From a virus (lineage: Duplodnaviria; Caudoviricetes): 25,615 bases of DNA. Position numbers and translations under genes: made by a program. Under the pieces are notes generated by a model, which had not been told where the DNA came from, did no database searches, and was given only the letters and a program-made list of their open reading frames with translations. Each line of letters opens with the position of its first letter. The stretch's first letter is position 1. Location: positions 1-25,615 of IMG/VR virus record IMGVR_UViG_3300027708_000271; one strand, 5' to 3'. Positions 6,449 to 16,220 of this stretch are shown one piece after another.

Positions 6449-9400
6449 ATGTCTATCAACGTAACCATCACCGAGCTGCCTCACGCCCTGACGATTACTG
6501 GGACGGAAGCAGTGCCTATCGTCCAAAACGGGGTTACGGTGCAGACCACGACCGCTGCGTTGGCCGGATCACCCGTTCAAACGCAGAGCTTCCTGACGGC
6601 CAACAACGAGCCTACGCTGCCCAACAGCCGCGCTTTAACGGTTGGCACCGGGCTCAGTCTGGCTGATAGCGGACCGCAGGGCACGCTGCAAGTTAATTTG
6701 ACGGGCGGATTGCCCAACTTAAATACCCTAGGCACTGGGATTGTCGCAAAAACAAGCACAAGCACTTTTGCGGCGCGCGCTTTGGCCACCAGTGGAGCGG
6801 GCCTATCAGTCACCGATGGCGATGGCGTGGCTAACAATCCAACCTTCCAATTGACCGGCGTGGCCGCTGCCATCGCCAGTTCGACCGGAACCGGCATGCT
6901 GGCCCTTATAGGCGGCACAGTCATCGCCAACCGCACGATCACTGGGACCGCCAACCAAATTGCGGTCACCGATGGTGATGGCGCCAACAACCCCACGATT
7001 AGTTTGGCCAATAATCCTGTTGTGCCGGGAGCGGCGGGTTTGACTGTGCCCGTGGGGCCGACTGCAAGTAGGTCTGTTTCTGCCGGAGTTGGAACGCTGC
7101 GGTACAACACCGACTTATTGGTTTTTGAGGGATATACCACCACTGGTTGGGGTGCCATTGTTGCCGGTAACGCGGTAACTAGCTTCAGTGCAGGATCAAC
7201 CGGGTTGACCCCCTCTAGCGCAACCACGGGGCCCATAGTGCTGGGCGGCACACTTAACGTCACAAGCGGCGGTACTGGGACAAGTACACCCGCGCTGGTG
7301 GCCGGAACCAATGTAAACATAACCGGCGCTTGGCCCAACCAAACAATTAACGCGACTAATTCTGGGACTGTTTCTAGCGTATCAGTAGTTGCCATAAACG
7401 GTTTTGCGGGGACGGTAGCAAACAGCACCACTACCCCAGCCATATCACTCTCAACGTCAGTTTCTGGGCTTTTGAAAGGCAACGGAACGGCTATCTCGGC
7501 AGCGATATCCGGCACAGACTATGCCCCCGCCACCAGCGGCACGTCGATCCTGTACGGCAACGGCACCGGCGGATTTAGCAATGTGGCCATAGGTTCTGGC
7601 GTTTCCTTTGCTGGCGGCACGTTATCGGCCACGGGATCAGGCGGCACGGTTACATCCGTGGCTGCTTCAGTCCCCGCCTTCTTGTCCGTCTCCGGTAGCC
7701 CGGTTACCACGACGGGCACGCTGGCGATCAGCTACTCTGGCACCGCCTTGCCGATTGCCAATGGCGGCACTGGGCAAACAACCGCTAGCGCGGCCATCAC
7801 CGCGTTGACGGGCACGCAGACCTCGGGGTACTACCTGCGCTCTAATGGCACGGATGCGGTCCTTGCGGCTATTGTTGCGGGGGATGTGCCCACCTTAAAC
7901 CAAAACACTACCGGCACAGCTTCTAACGTGACCGGTACAGTCGCGGTGGCCAACGGCGGCACTGGGGCTACCGTCGCAGCAACTGCTAGGGCTAACCTTA
8001 GCGCGGCTAAAAGTGGCGCGAACACCGACATTACTTCGGTGACTTTGACAACAGGCACGATTACCACGGCCCCAACGTCAAGCGACGACATAGTCAATAA
8101 GTCTTACGCCGATAGCATTGCCAGCGGTGTCAACTTCCATGCGGCTTGTAACTACGCAACAACGGCGGCTTTATCGGCGGCGTACACGTACAACAACGGC
8201 GCGAGCGGAGTAGGGGCAACGATAACTGCTGTTGCAGTTGGCACGCTAACTATCGACGGGTACACATTCACTTCTGGGGATGTCGGCAAGCGTATCCTTA
8301 TAAAGAACGAAACTGGCGCGTATGTCAGCAACGTGTTACCTAGCGCGGCGTTTAATGGCGTTTACACACTGACCACTGCTGGCACGGCTGGCGTCGCGTA
8401 TGTCCTAACCCGCGCCACTGACTACGACACCAGCGGCACTGGCACAAACGAAATAGATGCAGGCGATCTGCTTTTGGTGCTATCTGGCACTGCGAATGCC
8501 AATACCTCTTGGGTCCAGCAAACGCTTTTGCCGATCACTGTCGGCACAACGTCCATAGCATTTATCCAGTTTGCTGCGGTTCAGACATACACGGCTGGTA
8601 CAGGGTTAAGCCTAATATCCAACCAGTTCTCGATCACCAATATCGGCACGGCGGGCACCTATGGCTCGGCAACTCAAGTGCCGGTAGTTGTGACCAATGC
8701 GCAAGGGCAAGTCACCAGCGTAACCAACACGGCTATTAATATCGCTGCTTCGCAGATAACTTCCGGGCAGTTAGCGATAGCCAACGGTGGTACAGGCACA
8801 GCAACGCCTGCGCTTGTGGCGGGTACGAATGTGACCATCACGGGCACTTGGCCAAATCAAACAATTAACTCCACCGGTGGTGGTGGCGGTGGCGGAACGG
8901 TTACCTCTGTCGAGCTTTCTGCACCGGCTTTGTTTACCGTTACCGGGTCGCCGGTCACTACATCAGGAACGCTTGCGCTTACCTACTCTGGCACGGCGTT
9001 GCCTATCGCCAACGGAGGCACCGGGCAGACAACTGCTTCAGCAGCGTTCAACGCGCTGTCGCCTATTACTAGCACAGGCGACTTGATCCTAGGCAATGGG
9101 ACGAATAGTGCGACCCGTCTTGCCATAGGAACAAATGGCCAAGTCCTGACATCTAATGGCACCACGGCGTCTTGGTCTGCTGCTACTGGAGGTGGCAGCG
9201 CATACACTCGGACCTCTTTTACCGCTACAGCGGGGCAGACAGCATTCACGGTAACCTACGCGGTGGGATATCTCCAAGTCTATGTAAACGGTGTTTTGCT
9301 GGCCACATCGGATTACACAGCTACCAGCGGCACGGGTTTTACCCTTGGTATTGCTTGTGCGTCGGGAGACATCGTAGAAGCGTTAGTCATCACAACTTCG

Positions 9401-9457
9401 GTGGTCGGGGTGACCACCGGCAAGAGTATCGCAATGGCGATGATCTTTGGGTACTAA
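6449..9457 (+). CDS. Long tail/head fibre protein with (I/V)ANGGTG repeats (1002 aa)
   Basis: Thr/Gly/Ala/Ser-rich; repeated LPIANGGTG, GTVTSV and NKSYAD fibre motifs; C-terminal FTATAGQTAF...VYVNGVLL domain and TGKSIAMAMIFGY tail. Confidence 0.8.
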   Translation: MSINVTITELPHALTITGTEAVPIVQNGVTVQTTTAALAGSPVQTQSFLTANNEPTLPNSRALTVGTGLSLADSGPQGTLQVNLTGGLPNLNTLGTGIVAKTSTSTFAARALATSGAGLSVTDGDGVANNPTFQLTGVAAAIASSTGTGMLALIGGTVIANRTITGTANQIAVTDGDGANNPTISLANNPVVPGAAGLTVPVGPTASRSVSAGVGTLRYNTDLLVFEGYTTTGWGAIVAGNAVTSFSAGSTGLTPSSATTGPIVLGGTLNVTSGGTGTSTPALVAGTNVNITGAWPNQTINATNSGTVSSVSVVAINGFAGTVANSTTTPAISLSTSVSGLLKGNGTAISAAISGTDYAPATSGTSILYGNGTGGFSNVAIGSGVSFAGGTLSATGSGGTVTSVAASVPAFLSVSGSPVTTTGTLAISYSGTALPIANGGTGQTTASAAITALTGTQTSGYYLRSNGTDAVLAAIVAGDVPTLNQNTTGTASNVTGTVAVANGGTGATVAATARANLSAAKSGANTDITSVTLTTGTITTAPTSSDDIVNKSYADSIASGVNFHAACNYATTAALSAAYTYNNGASGVGATITAVAVGTLTIDGYTFTSGDVGKRILIKNETGAYVSNVLPSAAFNGVYTLTTAGTAGVAYVLTRATDYDTSGTGTNEIDAGDLLLVLSGTANANTSWVQQTLLPITVGTTSIAFIQFAAVQTYTAGTGLSLISNQFSITNIGTAGTYGSATQVPVVVTNAQGQVTSVTNTAINIAASQITSGQLAIANGGTGTATPALVAGTNVTITGTWPNQTINSTGGGGGGGTVTSVELSAPALFTVTGSPVTTSGTLALTYSGTALPIANGGTGQTTASAAFNALSPITSTGDLILGNGTNSATRLAIGTNGQVLTSNGTTASWSAATGGGSAYTRTSFTATAGQTAFTVTYAVGYLQVYVNGVLLATSDYTATSGTGFTLGIACASGDIVEALVITTSVVGVTTGKSIAMAMIFGY

Positions 9458-9466
9458 GGAACAAGC

Positions 9467-9859
9467 ATGGCAAATCCAAACATAGTCAACGTAACCACAA
9501 TTTACGGCAACACGACCTATTACACGCCTAGCGGCACCACTGCGGTGGTGCTGTTGGCTAACGCAGCCGCCTCGGGTATTGTCAACAAGATTGATAACGT
9601 GGTGGCGGCAAACGTGACAGCTACTACCGCTACTGCCACGGTTTCTATTTACACCAATGGTGCAGTGGCTCAGGGGTCTGCGCCTTCTGGCGGCACGGCG
9701 TACCCGATTATTTTTCAAGTACCTGTACCCGGCAACTCTGCGGTCGTGGTGGTAGACAAAAGCACGGCGTTTTACTTGCAAGAAGGTACATCAATATCCA
9801 TTACGTCCGGCACTGCGAGCGCCATTACTTTCACAACCTCGTATGAGGCGATCAGCTAA
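9467..9859 (+). CDS. Fibre-associated structural protein (130 aa)
   Basis: TAAGGA RBS; MANPNIVNVTTIYGNT...YLQEGTSI...SYEAIS; TAATG coupling to the next gene. Confidence 0.7.
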   Translation: MANPNIVNVTTIYGNTTYYTPSGTTAVVLLANAAASGIVNKIDNVVAANVTATTATATVSIYTNGAVAQGSAPSGGTAYPIIFQVPVPGNSAVVVVDKSTAFYLQEGTSISITSGTASAITFTTSYEAIS

Positions 9860-11334
9860 TGTCTACCCGTTACAAAGGTTCAATCCTATCCTCTACTGCG
9901 GCTGCGTCGTCTAGCACAGCGGCGTATGGGCTTTGGAAACAATCTGACGTAGCGCAACTCATTAATTCTGCGTGGCCTGTTAATGATCCAAGCTGGTCTA
10001 GCGTCGCCATGCTGATTCACGGGGATGGTACCGGAGGCGCGCAGAACAACACGTTTATTGATAGCAGCAGCAATGCCTTTTCAATAACAAGAAATGGCTC
10101 AACTACACAAGGGTCGATAAACCCATTTGGTTCAGTTGCGCCATACACAACAACAGTTGGTGGCGGCTCCGCATACTTTAACGGCACTACGGACTATCTA
10201 ACTATTCCAGCCAATGCTGCGTTTAGTTATACCACTGGTGACTTTACGTGGGAATGCTGGATTTATCCTTTAGCTTATGGTGCTTCGGGGTCAGTTTTCT
10301 TTGACTTTTTTAGCCAGCCTTCTGGTAGTTATATTGTTGGTCAATGCCAAATATTTATAACGTCCGCAGGATTGGTTCAATTCTTTTACTGTAATACTAG
10401 TACCACAAGTTTAAGCATAACATCTACAGCAGCCGTAACGTTAAATGCATGGAGCCACATTGCTGTTGTTAGGTCTGGCTCTGGTACAGGAAATTTAAAG
10501 CTGTTTGTCAACGGAGCATTAGTTGCATCAAGTGCCGGTGCGGTTACTCAAAACTTAGGCTCAACTGGTAACGGGTCTATCGGAAGACAAACAGCGGGAA
10601 CGGCGTATTATTACAACGGGCAAGTATCAAACGTTCGCATTGTTAAAGGTACAGCGGTCTATACCTCTGCGTTTACACCGCCCACGGCCCCGTTAACGGC
10701 TATATCTGGTACGTCACTATTACTCAGCACCACCAATGCAGGTGTTATTGATAACGCAATGCAGAACAATTTGTTAACAGCAGGTAGCGCTCAAGTTTCT
10801 GGAAACTATAAATACGGCACAGGCTCCATATACTTTAATGGAACAACCGGCTATCTAAACAGCAACAACACCGCAACTGCTGCTTTTGGTGCTAACGACT
10901 TTACAGTTGAGTTCTGGGTGATTGTAAATGTGCTTCCGGCTGGATCAGCGCAACTTCTTGATACAAGACCAGCGTCAACAAACGGCGCTTATATGTTACT
11001 CTACTTAAATAGCGATGGCACTATCCGTTTGTTTGTTAGTTCTGCCGACAGGATAACGAGCACTGCCATAGTGATTAGCACTTGGTATCATATTGCAGTT
11101 TGCCGCAGCAGTGGCTCAACAAGACTGTTTATTAACGGAACACAATCAGGTTCTACGTACACAGACGCTACTACATACCTTGCTTCAAATGCCTTGATTG
11201 GTGCTTCCTATGGCGGCGGTGCGTCAATAGTAAACTTTCTAAACGGGAACATTGATGACTTGCGGATTACTAAAGGCGTCGCTAGGTATACGGCAAACTT
11301 TACAGCCCCGCAGCAAGCGTTCCCTAATCAGTAA
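9859..11334 (+). CDS. Tandem LamG/concanavalin A-like lectin-domain protein, putative receptor-binding protein (491 aa)
   Basis: Two copies of GSxYFNGT...DFTxExW...WxHIAVxRS...LFxNG...GxxxxxRIxKGxAxYTxxFTxP. Confidence 0.9.
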   Translation: MSTRYKGSILSSTAAASSSTAAYGLWKQSDVAQLINSAWPVNDPSWSSVAMLIHGDGTGGAQNNTFIDSSSNAFSITRNGSTTQGSINPFGSVAPYTTTVGGGSAYFNGTTDYLTIPANAAFSYTTGDFTWECWIYPLAYGASGSVFFDFFSQPSGSYIVGQCQIFITSAGLVQFFYCNTSTTSLSITSTAAVTLNAWSHIAVVRSGSGTGNLKLFVNGALVASSAGAVTQNLGSTGNGSIGRQTAGTAYYYNGQVSNVRIVKGTAVYTSAFTPPTAPLTAISGTSLLLSTTNAGVIDNAMQNNLLTAGSAQVSGNYKYGTGSIYFNGTTGYLNSNNTATAAFGANDFTVEFWVIVNVLPAGSAQLLDTRPASTNGAYMLLYLNSDGTIRLFVSSADRITSTAIVISTWYHIAVCRSSGSTRLFINGTQSGSTYTDATTYLASNALIGASYGGGASIVNFLNGNIDDLRITKGVARYTANFTAPQQAFPNQ

Positions 11335-11342
11335 GGACAGCC

Positions 11343-11717
11343 ATGAGCATCCCACGCAATCTATCGTTCTTTGCAGAAAATACCAGCACCACCGGTGCGG
11401 TAGTGCCACGGGTATTGGCAAGCACCGCCAACAGTGCAACGCCTACGATTAACACCAACAACTATGACATTGTGGTAATTACGGGTCAGACCGTAGCCAT
11501 TACATCGTTTACTACCAACCTGACTGGAACGCCTACCAACGGGCAAAAGCTGTGGATTGCAATCACCGGGACAGGCGCTATTGCCATTACGTGGGGCGCA
11601 TCGTTTGAAGCATCTACAGTGTCATTGCCGACAACCACGGTCACCACGGCTCGTTTGGATGTGGGCTTTGTTTGGAACGTGGCAACCAGCAAGTGGCGCT
11701 GCGTGGCCTCAGCGTAG
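11343..11717 (+). CDS. Fibre-tip/adaptor-like beta domain protein (124 aa)
   Basis: TAAGGA RBS; paralogous to the C-terminal domain of 11808-12551 (TGTPxxGxKL, ITW/LTW, LPTTT, KW/RW). Confidence 0.7.
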   Translation: MSIPRNLSFFAENTSTTGAVVPRVLASTANSATPTINTNNYDIVVITGQTVAITSFTTNLTGTPTNGQKLWIAITGTGAIAITWGASFEASTVSLPTTTVTTARLDVGFVWNVATSKWRCVASA

Positions 11718-11726
11718 AGGTACTTT

Positions 11727-11807
11727 ATGATCAAATTTGCGGCAACTTTCTGGCATACAATGCTTTTGCCGAGCTATTACTGGTGTAATTTCCAGAGGAA
11801 CTTTTAA
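11727..11807 (+). CDS. Possible 26-aa micro-ORF (MIKFAATFWHTMLLPSYYWCNFQRNF)
   Basis: GAGGT RBS upstream of ATG 11727; TAA at 11805-11807 abuts the next ATG in the same frame. May instead be a regulatory spacer. Confidence 0.3.
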   Translation: MIKFAATFWHTMLLPSYYWCNFQRNF

Positions 11808-12551
11808 ATGGCACAAGCAGGCTTCACCCCCCTCCGGTTGTACTACAGTGCAACAACAACCAACGCGCCAACGACAGGTAATCTTGTTGCGGGCGAACTT
11901 GCGATCAATACCACTGATGGCAAGTTGTTCTACAAAGACAGCAGCAATGTCATTCAGGTAATCGGCTGGAAGACGACCCCAGTTAGCGCGGGGGGCACTG
12001 GGCTTACTTCTGGCACCTCTGGCGGCATCCCGTATTACTCAAGCTCTTCGGCCATCACAAGCAGCGCGGTACTAGCCGCGAGCGCTTTGGTCATCGGCGG
12101 CGGCGCTGGCGCTGCACCAAGCACCACAACCACCGGTGCAGGCGTGGTGACGGCGCTTGGCAGTGCCGCCAACGCGACTGGTGGTTTTACCACGATCAAC
12201 GGCACGGCGACGCTGACCAACAAACGCATTACCACTCGCGTACTGGTGACCGCATCGTCGGCCACCGCCGTCACCCCAGACATCAGCTCTTATGACGAGT
12301 ACGCATGGACCGCGCAAGCTGCTACGCTGACGATCAACGCGCCCACAGGAACCCCGGTGGATGGTGATAAGTTGCTTTTCCGTATTTTGGACAACGGCAC
12401 CGCGCGCACACTAACTTGGAACGCCACGTTTACCGCGGTAGGCGCAACTTTGCCAACAACCACTACTGCGGGCAAAACAACTTACGTTGGCTGCATCTAT
12501 AACGCGAATAGCACTCGGTGGGATGTGGTTGCTGTAGCAACTCAAGCATAA
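11808..12551 (+). CDS. Short fibre protein with Mtd-N/hyaluronidase-N-like anchor domain (247 aa)
   Basis: GAGGA RBS; N-terminal APTTGNLVAGELAINTTDGKLFYKD motif; GGTG and TLTNKRI fibre motifs. Confidence 0.75.
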   Translation: MAQAGFTPLRLYYSATTTNAPTTGNLVAGELAINTTDGKLFYKDSSNVIQVIGWKTTPVSAGGTGLTSGTSGGIPYYSSSSAITSSAVLAASALVIGGGAGAAPSTTTTGAGVVTALGSAANATGGFTTINGTATLTNKRITTRVLVTASSATAVTPDISSYDEYAWTAQAATLTINAPTGTPVDGDKLLFRILDNGTARTLTWNATFTAVGATLPTTTTAGKTTYVGCIYNANSTRWDVVAVATQA

Positions 12552-12561
12552 GGAGCATAAC

Positions 12562-12723
12562 ATGGTAAGCATTGTTTTTGAATTTGACACGCAGTACGGC
12601 ACTTTCCGTGACGCCTTGGTGCTTCCTGATGACCATGGCTTGAATGATGCTGAGTTGGAGGCAATGAAGCAGCAGCGTTTGGATAACTGGATTGCTGTTA
12701 TCACTGCGCCTTCTACGGAGTAA
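12562..12723 (+). CDS. Small acidic protein, putative fibre assembly chaperone (53 aa; absent from ORF track)
   Basis: TAAGGAG RBS; MVSIVFEFDTQYGTFRDALVLPDDHGLNDAELEAMKQQRLDNWIAVITAPSTE fills the gap between two fibre genes. Function is inference. Confidence 0.75.
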   Translation: MVSIVFEFDTQYGTFRDALVLPDDHGLNDAELEAMKQQRLDNWIAVITAPSTE

Positions 12724-12726
12724 AGC

Positions 12727-15390
12727 ATGGCAGTATATTATTGGGTTGGCGGTTCTGGTACTTGGAACAGCATAACAACCATTAATTGGGCAGCCTCATC
12801 TGGTGGGGCTGGAGGCGCTGGAGTTCCCACAAGCACTGATGATGTACTTTTTGATGCTAATTCAGGTACTGCTGCAACAATTGTTGTAACAACAACTGCT
12901 GCTACTAATTCCATTTCTATAAATAAATCTGATATTAATCTATCACTCTCTGGTAATACAAGTGCAGGTTCTGCAAGTGGATTAGACTTTATACAAGGAA
13001 CAATTACATTAAATAACTTTACTTGGTCTGTATTTCAATTTCAATCTAATTATTCTAATACCCGTGCTATTGCATTTGGCACTGGTAATATTTCTATGTC
13101 TTCAAGTACAGCAGCTTTGCAAATGGCAACTGCCACTGGGTTTACTTGCACTGGGACAGGCGGTTTTAATATTACTTCTGGCGGCGCTTCAGTTGAATTT
13201 GGAACTACTGGAGGAACAGCCTCTAATGCTCCTAATTTATCTGCTAGTACTTCTGGTGTTGGTACATCAATAACAACTGGAAGTTATTTTAAAAATGTTA
13301 TTTTTGATAGCGCAGCTTTTAGTTCTGCAAGTGGGTCTTACAACGCTTGCGGAAATTTAACATTAAGCAGCAACGCTAGCGGCATATACACTTCTCTTGT
13401 CCCAACATTTATTGCGTCTGGAACAATAACCAGTAATGGTCGGACTATTAACTCTATAACAATAAATGGTTCAGGCGTTACCGTTACTTTGGCAGATGCC
13501 TTTACTGCTTCTGTGGCAATCACTTTAACCCAAGGAACTTTTACTACCAGCAATTTTTCTGTCACGGCTAGTGCTATATCATCTAGTAACGCCAATGTTC
13601 GTACTATTAATTTAGGCAGTAGCACAGTAACTCTAACTTCAACATCACCAGTTGGTTTCGCAACATCTACAAATTTAACATTTAATGCTGGTACATCACA
13701 AATAAATATGTCATCTGCTTCCGCAACAACCTTTGCGGGAAATGGATTAACATATTACAACGTAGCATTTACAGGAACAACAGCCGTTACTCATGTTGTC
13801 ACTGGCGCAAATATATTTAATAACTTTACCGTTACAGCCCCTGCTGCTACGGGTCTGATGCAATGCACCTTTGCTGCTAATCAGACTATAAACGGAACCC
13901 TTACTGTTGCTGGAGCTACAGCAGTGCAGCGCGTTTTTATACGCTCTAATACGTTTGGTACTTCCCGTACTTTAACGGCTGCTGCATTATCTGCTACTGA
14001 CGGTGATTTTCGTGATATTACGATTGCAGGAGTAGCGTCAGGTTCATCCCCAACAAGAGCTGGAAATTGTGGAGGTAATTCAGGAATTACGTTTCCCGCT
14101 GCTAAAACTGTGTATTGGAATCTTGCTGGCGCTCAAAACTGGAGCGCTACTGGCTGGGCAGCAACAAGCGGAGGAGCGCCAGCAATAAACAATTTTCCAT
14201 TAGCACAAGATAGTGCTACGTTTGATAACACTGGTAGTGTCACTGGGATAATTAGTTTTGACCTTGCTTGGAACTTCGGAACTATAGATATGTCTGCGCG
14301 AACAACTGCAATGACATTAGCAACTAGCACTCTCACGCCCAGTATCTATGGCTCTTGGAAGAATGGAACAGGAACTACACTCAGTGGTACTGGAATTATT
14401 AGTTTTAATGGTAGAGTAACCCAGCAAATTACTGGAAATGGTAAATCATTTACACAACCAATTACAGTCGATAACCTAACGGGAACAGTTCAATTACAAG
14501 ACGCTGTTACTGTCGCTACTGCTAGTACGTTTACCCTTACTTCTGGGACGCTTGACCTTAATGGTAAAACATTAACTACAGGGTTGTTTGCAGGGTCAGG
14601 AGCCGTCACGCGCACACTTGCATTTGGTATAGGTAATATTGCTTGTTCTGGTACAGGCACTGTTTGGACTACTGCAACCGTAACAGGATTAACAGTAACA
14701 GGAACTCCGGTCGTTAATGTTACTTACACCAGTAGTCTTGCAATTAGTGTTTTATCTGGCGCATTATCAGAAGCAAACTCCATAAGTTTTAACTTCAAAG
14801 CAGGAAGTTATGCGCTAACCTTTCTTGGAACGGCGAGTTATACAGCAAAAAGCGTAAATTTTACGGGCTATGCGGGTACATGGGGTGCAACCTCCACTGG
14901 CACTATTTATGGTGATTTGACATTATCCACAGGAATGACGCTTACTACAAGCGCCAGCGCGATGACGTTTGGTGCTACTAGCGGTACGCAAACCATTACC
15001 AACAATACTAAGACGATGGACTTTCCCATCACTGTTAGTGGTGGTAGCACGGTAACTTGTGCGGATGCATTAACACTTGGGGCAACCCGTGCGCTGACTT
15101 TTAGCCTTGGCACAATACAGCTAAAAGCAGGAGCCACCAGCACTGTCGGTTCTTTTGTTACATCAGGCACAACGCTTAAGTACCTACAAAGTACAACTTC
15201 TGGAACACAGGCAACTTTATCGGATGCAAGCGGCACGAACACAGCCACTTATCTTTCCGTACAAGACAGCGCAGCAACTGGTGGAGCAACATGGATTGCA
15301 ACTGCTGCAACAAACGTAAATGCTGGCAACAATACTGGTTGGACTTTTGCAGCCACATCTACTGGCAACTTCTTTTTTATGTTCGGGTAA
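12727..15390 (+). CDS. Beta-helix adhesin-like / autotransporter-passenger-like virion protein (887 aa)
   Basis: YWVGGSGTW...PTSTDDVLFDANSG start; repeated LTxGTL/F, NGxT and VTLAD beta-helix coils; two homologous halves; T/A-rich third codon positions. Confidence 0.75.
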   Translation: MAVYYWVGGSGTWNSITTINWAASSGGAGGAGVPTSTDDVLFDANSGTAATIVVTTTAATNSISINKSDINLSLSGNTSAGSASGLDFIQGTITLNNFTWSVFQFQSNYSNTRAIAFGTGNISMSSSTAALQMATATGFTCTGTGGFNITSGGASVEFGTTGGTASNAPNLSASTSGVGTSITTGSYFKNVIFDSAAFSSASGSYNACGNLTLSSNASGIYTSLVPTFIASGTITSNGRTINSITINGSGVTVTLADAFTASVAITLTQGTFTTSNFSVTASAISSSNANVRTINLGSSTVTLTSTSPVGFATSTNLTFNAGTSQINMSSASATTFAGNGLTYYNVAFTGTTAVTHVVTGANIFNNFTVTAPAATGLMQCTFAANQTINGTLTVAGATAVQRVFIRSNTFGTSRTLTAAALSATDGDFRDITIAGVASGSSPTRAGNCGGNSGITFPAAKTVYWNLAGAQNWSATGWAATSGGAPAINNFPLAQDSATFDNTGSVTGIISFDLAWNFGTIDMSARTTAMTLATSTLTPSIYGSWKNGTGTTLSGTGIISFNGRVTQQITGNGKSFTQPITVDNLTGTVQLQDAVTVATASTFTLTSGTLDLNGKTLTTGLFAGSGAVTRTLAFGIGNIACSGTGTVWTTATVTGLTVTGTPVVNVTYTSSLAISVLSGALSEANSISFNFKAGSYALTFLGTASYTAKSVNFTGYAGTWGATSTGTIYGDLTLSTGMTLTTSASAMTFGATSGTQTITNNTKTMDFPITVSGGSTVTCADALTLGATRALTFSLGTIQLKAGATSTVGSFVTSGTTLKYLQSTTSGTQATLSDASGTNTATYLSVQDSAATGGATWIATAATNVNAGNNTGWTFAATSTGNFFFMFG

Positions 15391-15392
15391 CC

Positions 15393-15863
15393 ATGATCGA
15401 CCCGATCACCGCTTTTGCTACGGCCCAAGCGGCGATCAAGGGGGTAAAAGCCGCCATTGCACTGGGCAAGGACATACAGGCCGTCTCTGGCGATTTGATG
15501 AAGTTCTTTGAGGCTAAGGACGTAGTACAGAAAGCTGCGGCCAAACCCAAGAGCAGTTTTGCCAAGTCGGACACGGCAGCAGCGTTTGAGGTAGTGATGC
15601 AGGCCAAGCAGCTTGCAGATGCTGAGAGGGAATTGAACAACTACTTTGTCATGTCGGGAAACGCCGACCTCTGGCAGCAATTGCTGATTGAGCGCAACAG
15701 GATTATCCAAAACCGCAAGGCGCAGGAGATACTGGACGAAAAGAACGCCAAGGCCAATCAAGAGGAGTGGGAAGATTTCCTAACTTGGCTGATAGCAGGT
15801 GCTTTAATAATCCTGCTGCTAGGCTTATGTTTTTGGTGGCTAACACTTTTGATGGGGAAATAA
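15393..15863 (+). CDS. Helical protein with C-terminal TM anchor (156 aa)
   Basis: MIDPITAFATAQAAIKGVK start at ATG 15393, two nt after the upstream stop; C-terminal WLIAGALIILLLGLCFWWLTLLM. Confidence 0.7.
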   Translation: MIDPITAFATAQAAIKGVKAAIALGKDIQAVSGDLMKFFEAKDVVQKAAAKPKSSFAKSDTAAAFEVVMQAKQLADAERELNNYFVMSGNADLWQQLLIERNRIIQNRKAQEILDEKNAKANQEEWEDFLTWLIAGALIILLLGLCFWWLTLLMGK

Positions 15864-16217
15864 ATGAGTGAAGAAAAAATTCAGACTATGGAAGCCAAAG
15901 GACAACTAATTGAGAAGATCACGTTTGCTTTATTACCGCTGCTATTCTCCTGCGTGGTTTACTTGATGTCGGCCTTGTCAAATTTGGCCCATGAAGTCAC
16001 CATCCTAAACAGTAAGATTAGTTTGGTTGTTACCAGCGATAACAAGCAGGCAAGTAACACCGGGGCAGAGCTTGCAAGAGAAAAGCTACGTCAGGACTTG
16101 GAAAAAGAAATTCAGCGCAACCGTGACCAGATTGCCGAGAACAGGATGCACATTGCAATCCTTGAAGAAAAAGTTCCAGTGAGCAAATCACTTAAAACTG
16201 TAACCGGAAAGGACTAA
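15864..16217 (+). CDS. Membrane protein with N-terminal TM and coiled coil (117 aa), possible lysis accessory
   Basis: ITFALLPLLFSCVVYLMSAL TM segment followed by heptad-rich ELAREKLRQDLEKEIQRNRDQIAENR; lies just upstream of the holin. Confidence 0.65.
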   Translation: MSEEKIQTMEAKGQLIEKITFALLPLLFSCVVYLMSALSNLAHEVTILNSKISLVVTSDNKQASNTGAELAREKLRQDLEKEIQRNRDQIAENRMHIAILEEKVPVSKSLKTVTGKD

Positions 16218-16220
16218 ACC

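Noticed and set aside
8876-8896. GGT/GGC run as a phase-variation tract
   Set aside because: Mixed Gly codons encoding a flexible Gly7 linker; triplet slippage would not shift the frame.
11808-12551. Diversity-generating retroelement target suggested by the Mtd-N-like domain
   Set aside because: No reverse transcriptase in the window and no TR/VR pair differing mainly at adenines was seen; the domain is a generic fibre anchor.
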